Below are positions 52,701-64,000 of a DNA stretch of 64,000 nt, piece after piece. The position numbers and the translations under genes were made by a program. Within the stretch, counting starts at the first letter, position 1, and every line of letters starts with the position of its first letter. The notes beneath the pieces are model-generated. The model saw only the letters and a program-made list of their open reading frames with translations. It had not been told where the DNA came from and did no database searches. This DNA is from Tubulanus polymorphus (Eukaryota; Animalia; Nemertea): positions 9,332,451-9,396,450 of the forward strand of contig NC_134035.1 in assembly GCF_964204645.1 (NCBI RefSeq), given 5' to 3'.

Positions 52701-55700
52701 TTTCATCTTACTCTCCCTGGGGAGATTGTAGTTCCCGATGCACTCCAGCGATACAATCTGTCCAGTAGCAAATGTGAATTGATGCCTTGCCTGGGCACTA
52801 CAGAACAACCGGGGTTCGAACACGCCCACGCTCCACAAATTTCATAAATGATTTGGAAATACTTCTCAAATACGCGAGTTACCCGAGGGTCGTCTTGTCC
52901 TTCGGAAATGCGGTGTTATAGCCGCGAGACGTATTTCAATGGTGTCTTTTCCGAGACTCAGATTCGGCTTGTCATCCATCGTACGCCTTGACGACTAAAA
53001 ACATATCCATATACGCAACCCAATCGTATAATGATGTCGACAATCGACTTAAGCCCTAAATGGCTACTAATGGAACCCGCCACTGTTACTCTTACAATAA
53101 TGAAATTGAAGCAATACTAGCAGAAAATAGAACTCTCTCTTCTATCGTTCTTTTGATAGTCGGAAGAATGCGAAAAATACGAGCTCGGTTTATGATTGAT
53201 TAGGTCTAGAATCTTATCACGGAGTACGAGCGCCACGCAACAACAATTTCACTTCAGTATTTTTTCGTTCATTATGCGTCACGTTATGAACGGGTTTAAA
53301 TCGATATCTGAAGAACGGTCCGTTTAAAACTCATTCATCCTAACTGCCTGCAATCAACTGATATCAATCTCAGTGTAGAGTTAACAAATAAAAACCCACA
53401 GTTAGATCTGTGAAAACAGTTTATTTTCCTTACAGTTTCGAGGCTTTAACTAACATCATCAGAAGAACAAAAACACAATAATGTAACACATAATAGTAAC
53501 ACATTATTGTGTTTTTTGTTCCGCTGACGATGAGGCTTAGTTAAGGCCTCGAAACTGTAAGGAAAATAAACTGTTTTTACTGATCTAACTGTGGGTTTTT
53601 ATTTGTTTTCATTTATACTAAATTCACTTCATCTTAGAAATACGTATAGCCCGCAACATCGTTGATATCTATTCGGTAGCTACTGAAGTGCCCATGGATT
53701 CGTCGGTAATGAAAACAATTCGAAACAGGCTACAAATTAAATTAGCCCTTCGCATAGTTACTGGTTAGTATAACATTAACAATGAAAATTTATCAGTATG
53801 ACGAATAAATGGATCCAGATATTTGGCTATATAAGCGGTATATTATGTACGTTATAAAAATTCGCTAGAAGTTCAAAGATCTATCGGAACATTATAGTGA
53901 AACTAACCTGAACAGTAGTTTCCACACCTGATTCATGTGATCCATTTTATAACGAGACTGTATCCCCAAAACAGATGGATGTTAGTTACAAAGTCGCTAT
54001 CCTAGTGTAGAAATCATACTCTTAGTATAAACTGACGAATCCAGAAGCAAGAAAAACGAATTCGAATCGTCCTCTATCTCTGTAGATTAAGGCACAAGCA
54101 CCGAATCTTTCGCCGGGAATTTACACAAAAAACCTCGGCGATTAAACGCGCAATGTCTTAGAGCAATGCGAACCGATCTAACGGAAGATGCAGCGAGTAT
54201 TTCACGCAAGCGATAAGACGACGTGTATACAGGTAGCGTTGACGCAGCAAAAGCCGGAGAACGTGCTACATGAATATTTGATTATCACGCTCAACTTTCT
54301 GACCGATAGTTAAACCGAAGGACGCATCCTTGTTGGAAATAATGATCTGCTATTTACAGAGGATTACGATAATTGCCTGCCTTTAAGAATAAACACCTAT
54401 CCCGTATATAATCAAGACTATCTTTATGTGCATCCATCGTTGGACGCTGTGCCAACGCTTACGTTAGTTGCATCGCCGAAGACACGAGGAATTATACAAA
54501 TTTCCGAGTCTCGTCCAAAATTATTTATAAATTTTCGTTCTAGCTATTTGAAAGAATTTTACGTCTTTTTTTCCATATCAAAAGAAACAATGATTGCTTT
54601 GTACTTAAGAGATTATCAAGGGCCAATTTGACATTTCATTAGTAATATTATCGCAGTAATACAGAGGGAACTTAAAATGATTTATCTATTTTTTTTCATG
54701 AAAAAATTTTGTATACAGAACAACAATAAGCACATTCAATTATATATGTAGATATATGAAACATGGTTTGTGAATACAATCAATGATAGGTTTTAGGAGT
54801 GCAATGAAATGTTCTTACAGTTGATCAGTCGACGGACACTAAAACCATTTTAGATTTCGTGAACAGTCGGAAGTAGATTTTGATAATCCTTGCGTAAATT
54901 TACTGGCTTTTTATCATCACCCCCTCAATGCGTGAACTCTTAAACATCGCTTTTTACTCGCTGACAACGGAATGCATTATCATCAATTTGATTAATTTTT
55001 ATACTCGTCAACTGATAATTAATGTTATTGCCGTATATTCGGTCAGCTGCAGCTCGAGGAGCGACTTATGTAAATATTTCCCGTCTGTATATTTCATGAC
55101 GGTATATCAATCATTCAGACGACATTTTCTCGTCGTTGTCGTCGATTCCGTTATTGTGCAAAACATCCAATCTGCCTTTAATCAAATCGGTCTGAACGTG
55201 CGGCAGTACCGCCTCAGTAGCACGCGTGATTTGTTCATTCACAAAAATCAAAACACGTCCCATATTATACTCTCGAATACATTGAGCATTGCGGCCACAT
55301 GAAAATTTTCTTAAGAAGAATATCTACTTTGAAACTCGAAATTTCGTCTTTTCGAGTTGATATAGTTGAGGATTTCGAGATTAAAAGTCAAAATTTTGAG
55401 TTTCAAAGTCGAAATTTCGAAATGTGTTGATACTTGAACTCAGTTCCAATTAGAATAAAAAACCCACATTAAATTAAAAAACCCACATCTATTGTATGTT
55501 GAATAAACTTTTTAGCCTTTCAATAATTGTGGGATTTCACATTCATTTTTTCATCACGGATATTGTGATCACACTGATTCAGTAACTGAAGTGTTTGAAC
55601 GCGGTGGCTATATTTCCGCGTAAGGTGGAACCTTATAATTTCTTATCCTTTATCCGATAATGTGCTTCGTTTGTCGGAGAGGAAAACATCGCCAGCCGCG

Positions 55701-58700
55701 AAATGTTCTGTTACTTAGCTACACAGCTATACATACATACGCGGGAGCCCCCATCGACTGTGGTGTCACACATGCTTAGCTGATTCCGCGACGCTCTGCT
55801 CGTGGGAGATTAAAAGTTTCCCAGGAAGATCGCGACATCAGTCGGTCAATAAATACATCTTACCCCCAGGTGAAATCAGTATCACCAAAAATTCATATAG
55901 TCTTTATGAATTTTTGGTATCACCTATAAGTTATAGTTATTCGTCTCACACTTCAAGATACTTATTTGAAATGACGATATGAAATATCAATCCCCCGATC
56001 TATATTCCATCGAAGAGTTACAGATTAGTCGGTGGGTCGTTGCAGTGAACCGCGTCGTAGTGAGTTGCAAGCTGTCGCAAGTCCGACCAACGCGCCCACC
56101 TTTAAGTAAGGCGTATGCCTTGCGACTGCCAACGACTCAGTGCGAATTGATTCTCTCCAACCGCAACGACCCGTCGATACGCACCCTTGTAAAAAGCGAC
56201 GCTTTAGTGCTCATTTCGTCGGGGGATATCAAAAACCTGTCGAATTATGTCAAGATTATCAAAAACTACTTAGGATTGTTCATTGACTGTAAAATACAAA
56301 ATCGAAGCAAGTCAAACGAAATCTACCAATACTTATATTGCGATCTATAAAGGAATAGAAAAGTGACGCAATTTGCACGCGCTTTACTCTCCATTTCGTT
56401 GGTCAGTATTAGGCGAATATACGATTCAGAAAATAAGCAATCGTTAAGTCGTAATAGTCCGACTGAGAGTTATTCCATAACCATCAATTTCAAGAGTCGG
56501 TCTACTATGTAACTAGTCATTTCAACCAGCGCCCGCAGCTACATTCTATAATCCCATCTCGCCAACGGCGTACTTAAATTGCAAAATGTGATCCGTTCCG
56601 AAACTGAGATTGTCGTTGAAATTACGACTAGCTCGCGGTTACAGCCAGCAAATTATAATCTTTCGTATTCGGCAGTGCGTGATTTTAATGTTGTATAGAA
56701 TACCGCGTTGGCGTATGGTTTATTAGCGCCCGAATCATTTTGCGCGCACAAGCGACGTCGATACTTTTAATTCGGTTTCTTTCCGGGTATAATTTCACTT
56801 TTCCGACCTTGAAATATGACCTTGAAGAATGACACGTCATCGATGATCGGCGATCACCTTGGAGACGTGATAGGTCAAGGGGAGCTCAAATCAGAAACCC
56901 TAACTCTCTAGGCCCTAAATCTATCCTCCAGGGGCCAGTTGCACAGTCGTGACTTAAGTCTAAAAGTGGTCTTAAATCTCAAGACTGGTCTTAAGTTGTT
57001 AGATTGGTTATAGAACTAAGTTGGTCTTAGACTGGTCTTAAGTCTATAGTCATGGCTTAGACTAAAGTCCAGCCTAAGACCATCTTAGTTCTATAGCCAA
57101 TCTAACAACTTAAGACCAGTCTTGAAATTTAAGACCATTTTTGGACTTAAGTCTCAACTGAGGAACCAGCCCCAGGATCCGGTTGCGCAATCGTGATTTA
57201 AGTCCAAAAGGGATCTTAAGTCATTGTTAGATTAGCTATCAAACTAAGATGATCTTATACTGGTCTTAAAACGAAGCCCTTCTCCATAATTACTATCCTA
57301 TAGGATATATAGCATGCTATAGCGTGAACAATTGAGTACATATAGTTGTGAGTGATTGTGAAAGGACTACTAAACCAATCTTTAAGCGCTCTTGAATAGG
57401 CCAAAACATGACTACGTATGAGAAGCTGAATAATTTACGTAATTAAAAGTCCCAGAAAAAAATTATGATGGGCGATTCGAATCAGTCAAAGGATTTTACG
57501 TTTCGCATATGAATGAACCAGTAAATCATAGGTTCGCGCCAGAGCAATGCACTAATACATGGATCAAGGGACTTTTAAAATACATGGCGCGTACGTGACC
57601 TTTTTCAGATAAATATAGAGAGCATAAAATCGTCGAGACAATTTAGTGACTTTCTACACGAGACGCGCGATAATGTACAACAGTTATATGACGGAAAGCG
57701 AGTAAAGATAAAATGAAAGTGTATATATTTCTAATGCGATATAAAATGCGACGGACTGAGTATATATGACGAATCAATGCGACGCGGATATTGCCTTTCA
57801 TTTGATAAAACGTCGAAATATTATCATCATCTCCAAGTGCGTACTCGATCCATTGAGATCATGTCTAGACATTTCGTCGATACGACCAATACAGCTTCTA
57901 TGAATGATGCGACTCTTCGTGGCATTTGAGACCCGCGTCGCACCGAACCGATTCGGTTAATTCGTATAGAAAGTGTATAATGGTTTTCAACTATTACCAA
58001 AAAGAAATCCAGAACAAATCGCTTTTACTTATGTGGTTATTTTCATGGCATTTTCTGACATCCTGTTTGTCACGCGGGTTCGAACTAAACATGCTTATCA
58101 ATGTATGAACTCTCTCTAATTTCTCCATTTTCCGGGTATCAGGAACATGAATTTCTTTCCTATGAAGCGAATATGAATTTCCTCCTCGTGACTGAAGCCA
58201 TGGAGTGTATCGTCAAGCGATATAGCTGCATTAAGTTGACGATATATGTTGACAATGTATAACTAAATACCGTGGCCTCTCCGCACATCTTCTAAGGCGC
58301 GATTATGAGATTAGTTAAGGGCCGATGATGATTTATTCCTGAAGGTCATTCAAAAAAACCTCAGCTGGACCTGCGCCCATCCTAATCGTATCTCTTATCG
58401 ACTATGAAACAGCTGCGTCTAATACAACATTCATAAACCAAGTGACTAAATCGACCTGATTCATGATAACGGAAAACTCTGGTCTCAAATAGCCCCAGGG
58501 CCTTCAAAATATAACCATTAAAAAAGACACCCGAACGTCGTATATGAGCTGGGCCAATGTCAATTTGCTTCCCCGCCGACCCTGTTAGTCGTATAAGACC
58601 TACTTTCTAGAACATTTAAAAATCTGTAGTAAAATCTAGACATAAGCTACGTCGTTGGATAAAAAGAAATCGACGAGAATATAGAAAAATCTGTAAATAT

Positions 58701-58758
58701 ATTTTACTTAAAACTTCGTGATTACTTACGATGTGCGGTTTGCTCGCATTGTAGACAT
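40707..58758 (-). CDS. TP53I11: Tumor protein p53-inducible protein 11 (PIG11) homolog, multi-pass membrane protein, about 254 aa
   Basis: Minus-strand exons 48086-47993 ([31 protein letters not shown]), 46487-46380 (LSQILG...PRGLRIWQ), 45096-44997 ([10 protein letters not shown]...[10 protein letters not shown]), 44617-44516 (SLSIVFW...VIRWSL) and 41038-40707, all GT-AG and in phase. They match human TP53I11 ([34 protein letters not shown]). The first coding exon, 58758-58730 (MSTMRANRT, phase-2 GTAAGT donor), is tentative. Confidence 0.9.
48325..48775. mobile_element. Palindromic Penelope-like-derived element with hammerhead half-sites; family members at about 5290-5360, 35610-35780, 46555-46705
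   Basis: Shared arm AGAATCCCAC...GTCCGAAAATGTTTCCTnGAGCTAGTAGTTTATTCAACGTTTCGACTAT, present in inverted pairs. Confidence 0.6.
48414..48691. repeat. 64-bp tandem array (about 4.3 copies) of a 57-bp palindrome
   Basis: Unit CAGTATTCCTGAAGATGACTATTAGAAT-G-ATTCTAATAGTCATCTTCGGGAATACTG-AAGACAA, starting at 48414, 48478, 48542, 48606 and 48670. Confidence 0.95.
50432..50472 (-). ncRNA. Minimal hammerhead-ribozyme-like motif
   Basis: The minus strand reads CTGATGA-T-GGCTGTT(AGTC)AACAGCC-GAAAC-GTT: intact core, perfect 7-bp stem II and a palindromic loopless stem III. Stem I is weak. Confidence 0.55.
53519..53564 (+). ncRNA. Minimal type I hammerhead-ribozyme-like motif within a 225-bp fold-back element (53383-53607)
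   Basis: TTCCG-CTGACGA-T-GAGGCTT(AGTTA)AGGCCTC-GAAAC-T-GTA-AGGAA. A mirror copy on the - strand at 53426-53467 has a deletion in stem II. Confidence 0.6.
56928..57272. mobile_element. AAGACCAGTCTT-rich fold-back MITE family (Harbinger-like GGGCC ends); others at about 10190-10490, 12700-12870, 51149-51292, 60355-60585, 62610-62720
   Basis: ~245-bp imperfect palindrome with CAGGGGCCAGTTGCACAGTC termini and repeated aagaccagtctt / aagactggtctt motifs. Confidence 0.7.
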
Positions 58759-61700
58759 GTATGTTTTTTTAACTAGTATTTCCCTATATAATAGCTTGAC
58801 AAACACTTGTCGTTATACATGAGAGGTATATCATGTACAAACCAGAATTGGTAAATTCGACGTACTCGATATCTGATAACAGCACGCACTTGTAACTTAA
58901 CGATAAAAATATCAAACCACTCATGAACGAATACGCGATCATTTCAATCCGAGCAACACACGTGAATATTTTATCTGTAATTGTTTTTTTTTCACCGGCT
59001 GAAATCAACAAATGAAATCAAAACGTTTCTTCGTGCAAACTGGTTTCAAAATATACTATTATATATATATTACACCACATGATGAAATAATAATGTAAAA
59101 ATGGCAAGAATTATATTCTAAATCCTAAAATAAAGAGCCCGAGTTTAAGCCATATGATTTAAACAAACTAACCTGTCTAAACTAAAATCGTAGATCCTTC
59201 GCTCAGCCATAATTCCGGAAAACTGAACGATAACAACCGACTATTGGCTACCAGACGATAGGTTTACAGTCTCTTATCATCCCCAGTAATCCACGCTAAA
59301 CCCTTCAATATGTGATATTCCAGAAAAAACCTTAAGTAGGTGACCTAATTTTCACTGTTTTGGTATCTGGTGTTAGAGTACGTGATAGGATCCGCGCTTT
59401 TTAACCAAAATACACCGCATCATTCTAGAAAGACCCCTCAGGACTGTAGTGTTCCTTATGTGTTCCTAGTCTAGCTAGAGACTTGCAATGATGATGATGA
59501 TGATCACGATCATGCTGAGGATGATGTTGGTGATGCTGAGGATGATACGTTGATGCATATAAAGGCCGGTAAATTATACCGTAAACTTCCCGGTGAAGAT
59601 AAACTCATATCATTATCGCGCAACAGGCGGATGATAATCGGAAATCTGTTATTACAGAGTATATAGACTAGCGATTAACACCTATTTACGTATCAATACA
59701 ACATGAATTACGACCCGGGATAATGTCCGTTATGAGTATTGACATTGTTCGATATTGTCGACAAAAATGACGAGGATCAATGACTTTTATTTTGTATTTG
59801 AATATATCGATAATTGAATTGAATTGACCGGCAACCAGTCTAGCCCCGATATATTAATGACATAGTGCACATTCTCTCAAAAATGATCATCAAAATTTTT
59901 TCAAATATAAAATAAAGAGTAAAATGAAATATATCTTATTACAAAGTAAACGCCAAAATTCATAATTGCAATGGTTATTTCGAAACGTCAATATTGATGA
60001 CGTAATGCACATCGACTTACACAGAACCCCTTGAATGACGCATACTAGGTATCAATGTATGTAAACATTATTGTAACGATTTTCACGGCGTCAAAAAGTT
60101 TCTGTAATTTGTGAATACTTTAATTTTTGAATCCCTTCAAAGGCTTCATTGGCTGCACTGAAATTGCTCTAATTACAAAGAAAAGTCTAACGAATTTTCA
60201 GAGAATTTTTCTTTGATTTTTACCTATCCTTATATGACAAGGTCTAAAGCGTATGGATATGTTTTCTTGTTACGGTTTGTTTCGGTGTCGTGAAAGCAGG
60301 TTTAAGTGCCTACATAATTATCACATCGATGGTCTTGCGACTCTCATGTTGCCCGGGAGCCAGTTGTACAGTCAAAGCTTAGATTTAAGACCAGTCTAAG
60401 ACCATGTTAGTTCTTAGGCAATCTTACAACATGGGCTGATTCCATAGTCATGACTAAGACTTAAGACTGGTCTAAGACTCTTTTAGTTATATAGTTAATC
60501 AGTCTTAAGACCAGTCTTAAGATTTAAGACCAATTTTGGACTTAAGTCTCGACTATGGAACCGGCCCCTGAAGACCAGTCTTAAGTATAGATATGTGTTA
60601 GCGGTTTGTTCCGGTGTCACGTCGCTCGTGGCGATTAAAAAATCTGATTGCCGATTTTTTTCCGATTCGTAATTTTCTCGAAATGCTCGCAGGGTTTTGT
60701 ACCGCGTGGAATTAAACCTCAACGGGGAAAAAACTGCGCAGTCGGCAGGTTTATTTGATCCTTGAATTCATCAATACGCCGATCATATGTCATATATGCA
60801 TCGCATCTCGTGAAGTGTAAAATCTATTTTACGCAACAGCTACAGAGAAAAGGGTTAACGGGGTTTTAGAATCAAATTATTAGAAAACATTCCTTAGCCG
60901 TAAAGGATCCCTTTTAAGAAGCCAGGACAACTTCACAGAATCTGGGTTCATTTTTTCAAAAATGCTTACGTCGCTGATATCGCGACCTAACTTGTTACTA
61001 CGAGCTATTAACCTATTTTTTCACAATTACTGTAGTAGCCAGCTCCATTCGGTTGTATTTTCATTGAAACCAAAAAGTATATCTGTTTACCTTATCGACG
61101 TGGTGTTTGTGAAGTCCATTTTTGCTTCCATTCCAAAAGGTGACGATCGACTATAGTATACTGTAAGAGTTCCCTGACTGAATGAATGTTGAATGAAAGG
61201 TATGTACGAACTTGAAAATTGCATTTGGATCAATTAAGAAAATTGGGGCACGCGTAATTTGATGTCACATACGTCTACATCAAAAGGTTTACAGCAAGCA
61301 GGTTGATTTATCTAAATGTTTGGCGAATGGCAAAAGCTGTCGCCGAATCAAACAAAAGAAAAAAAAATCATCACGTGTTGATTTTTAATCGTCGAATTAT
61401 TAGCTCTCAGATCGATCGATGCGGATGTCTCGCCGATTAGCGGATGGAATGCTGTAAAAACAGTTCGTAAAGACATCGGAACTGATGGCTTCAAGGGGTA
61501 AATCCACTTAGAGATCGTCAATCATCCGTTTCGCATCTGTTTTTAATCAACATGCACAGACGAAGTGGTCGGGCAAATCATTTAATCGTCACCAACGTCT
61601 ACTACAACTTCGTGAACGCAAACGAAACCTTAGTATTTTATGTCGTAATCGTTTTCATAATTTACGCTGAAATTATCTACGAGATCGACTAGATGTGGGT

Positions 61701-62884
61701 ATAGCCCGATTCGAAGATTCGAAAATGTCTTCACTGTTAGGCGGTTTATATACCATTATTATCAAATTACCATTGATTTTTGCCAATTCCAGAAAATTCA
61801 TCGAAATATTCATTTCTGCACTCGACAAAACTAATGAAAAATTCCTACACGGCTATATAAAAACGTAGTACGGAACGCCCTGATAGCACGCGTGCATACA
61901 ACTCGGTGTTAAACGGAACGATTGCCTTCATTTCATAACTGAAGTTGATAATTAAGGTTACGTTGTCAGTAAACCTGATCGTACGCGAGAGGTAATGACC
62001 AATTAGCCGAAATATATACAAATATTACTTACGCGTAAACCGGGTCCATCGTCAAACGGTCGGCGAGAATACAAGCAGCGATTTGAAGCTGTAACCGGCT
62101 TCCTATATGCCGCTATATGTTAACAGGTGGATTATTTCCGTTTCGCGTTATAGTACACGTACCGGGAAGGTAATCGAGAAAGCCACGCTGGTATATATAC
62201 ATATGATATATAAAGTTATCAATATCAATATATTATATGTTTGTAGATCCTGTTTATTATTATTATTATTCTTATTATTATAAGTAAAACTTTTATATTG
62301 ATTCATAATATGATTAATTACACTGTGCAATACAATCTGATGGTGGAGTTGTTAATTTATTGATGTATCGTGATGATAATGAGTATTCTGTATTACGCTA
62401 TCACCAGTTACAATTCAAATGTTATCTTGTTTTAGTTGCGCTACCTAAATAACCTACTGTACGAAGCTCTAAGCGCGAGTTTTAACGGGAATTCTAGAAA
62501 ATGCTATAGCTTGGTTTTCAGAACTCCCACCAGGGCTTGGTTTTCGCGAACGGGGGTTAATTAGCCATAAAACCCGCGTTATGGACTTAATCCCGTTAGT
62601 GAAACCCGGCCCTGGGCTGTAGAATTGTGACTTAAGTTCAAAAGCAGTCTCAAAACTGAAAACTGGTCATAATTTGTTTGTTCGACTATAGAACTAAGAT
62701 CTAAAATCTTCGTCTTAATTCTAATACATATATATTATATATTCTGCGATATAAGCTTTGACACTGCTCCTGGGCAACACTGAGAGTCGCGATACCGTCG
62801 AGGATGTAGACATTAAACGTGCTTTCGCGACTGGCCTGTAACGGTATTTTCAATGTCAAAGGGATGTACACGTCGCTTTCTTCT

Positions 62885-63305
62885 TCCCTCTCCCTCTCCC
62901 TCTCCCTCTCCCTCTCCCTCTCCCTCTCCCTCTCCCTCTCCCTCTCCCTCTCCCTCTCCCTCTCCCTCTCCCTCTCCCTCTCCCTCTCCCTCTCCCTCTC
63001 CCTCTCCCTCTCCCTCTCCCTCTCCCTCTCCCTCTCCCTCTCCCTCTCCCTCTCCCTCTCCCTCTCCCTCTCCCTCTCCCTCTCCCTCTCCCTCTCCCTC
63101 TCCCTCTCCCTCTCCCTCTCCCTCTCCCTCTCCCTCTCCCTCTCCCTCTCCCTCTCCCTCTCCCTCTCCCTCTCCCTCTCCCTCTCCCTCTCCCTCTCCC
63201 TCTCCCTCTCCCTCTCCCTCTCCCTCTCCCTCTCCCTCTCCCTCTCCCTCTCCCTCTCCCTCTCCCTCTCCCTCTCCCTCTCCCTCTCCCTCTCCCTCTC
63301 CCTCT
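62885..63305 (+). repeat. (CCCTCT)n hexamer microsatellite, about 70 perfect units
   Basis: Seen directly. It generates the spurious RE, SL, SP and RG ORFs. Confidence 0.98.
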
Positions 63306-63954
63306 GTAGGTAGAACAAGAGCGCCGCGGAGAAGTTGTTTGAGTACGCGCGGTCAATGATGAGAGTAAGAGATGAATCAGATGCTCTATATTGGACAGAT
63401 ATAATGGAACGATCGATCAGTTTTACTCAATTGATAGATAAACGCGATGGTTTAAAAACAAGCTCTGAAGCGCACGAGGAAGATGAACTACTATCTCACA
63501 TATATGTGTATTTAAACTCGGTATACAGCTTTATTGAGACAGGGAGGTGAGTTCGGATATTCGTTCTGTACTCGACTCGTTTCTAGCTTAGAAATCCAGT
63601 TGGAGATGAGATTACGTCGAACACGTATATGAAATCCCGCCGGGTTATCTCGGTGTACATCGAATAGGATGACTGTTTATTCAGACGATTAATTATATTG
63701 AAATTTCTAAACGGATGAATTGTCATTGGAATATCTATTACCGGGTTTTGAACAAACATTCCAACACGAAACAAAAGCATTCCACAAAACTAAGTTTACG
63801 TAGAGCTAGTATTTATTTGAATGTTGTTATTAGTTCCGTTTAGTGCGGTTTCCTCGAATTTCAGTTCGTCCCGAATAGAAAAAACTGTCGATATTTCTGT
63901 TTTCAAACTTAAGAAAGAGTTTGCCGCACTGGAAGTGAAAAAACCGCCACTTAC

Positions 63955-64000
63955 GTAAAGATATTTTTCTTAGTGTATTTTAGTGATTAATGAAGCCGGG
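63955..64000 (-). other. Possible non-coding 5' exon of TP53I11, running off the window edge
   Basis: Strong minus-strand donor tac|GTAAGT at 63954-63949. The adjoining sequence has a stop in the frame needed for coding. Confidence 0.3.

Noticed and set aside
62701-63359. Long ORFs of RE, SL, SP and RG dipeptides (164-205 aa)
   Set aside because: They arise from the stop-free (CCCTCT)n microsatellite and are open in several frames on both strands.

Overview
AT-rich, intron-rich animal (invertebrate, probably spiralian) genomic DNA, not prokaryotic. Three spliced protein-coding genes were rebuilt by hand from GT-AG junctions and remembered homology. (1) + strand eIF4G2/DAP5/NAT1: 16 coding exons, about 917 aa, with no usable AUG, so it appears to start at a CUG codon at 4041. 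(2) + strand KIAA0930 homolog: 10 exons, about 429 aa. (3) - strand TP53I11/PIG11 homolog: 6 coding exons, about 254 aa, convergent with KIAA0930. Introns and intergenic DNA are full of small non-autonomous elements: MITEs of hAT-, piggyBac-, P- and Harbinger-like type, tRNA-derived SINEs and LINE 3' remnants. Three non-coding signals stand out. A Helentron-type (HINE) element between eIF4G2 and KIAA0930 carries four co-oriented CTCF-consensus motifs at 154-bp spacing plus YY1 motifs. Several fold-back elements carry minimal hammerhead-ribozyme cores of the Penelope-like type, one expanded into a 64-bp palindromic tandem array. A ~420-bp (CCCTCT)n tract lies near the end. Most ORF-track entries are spurious or are exon fragments. 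No database searches were possible, so all homology calls rest on recall.
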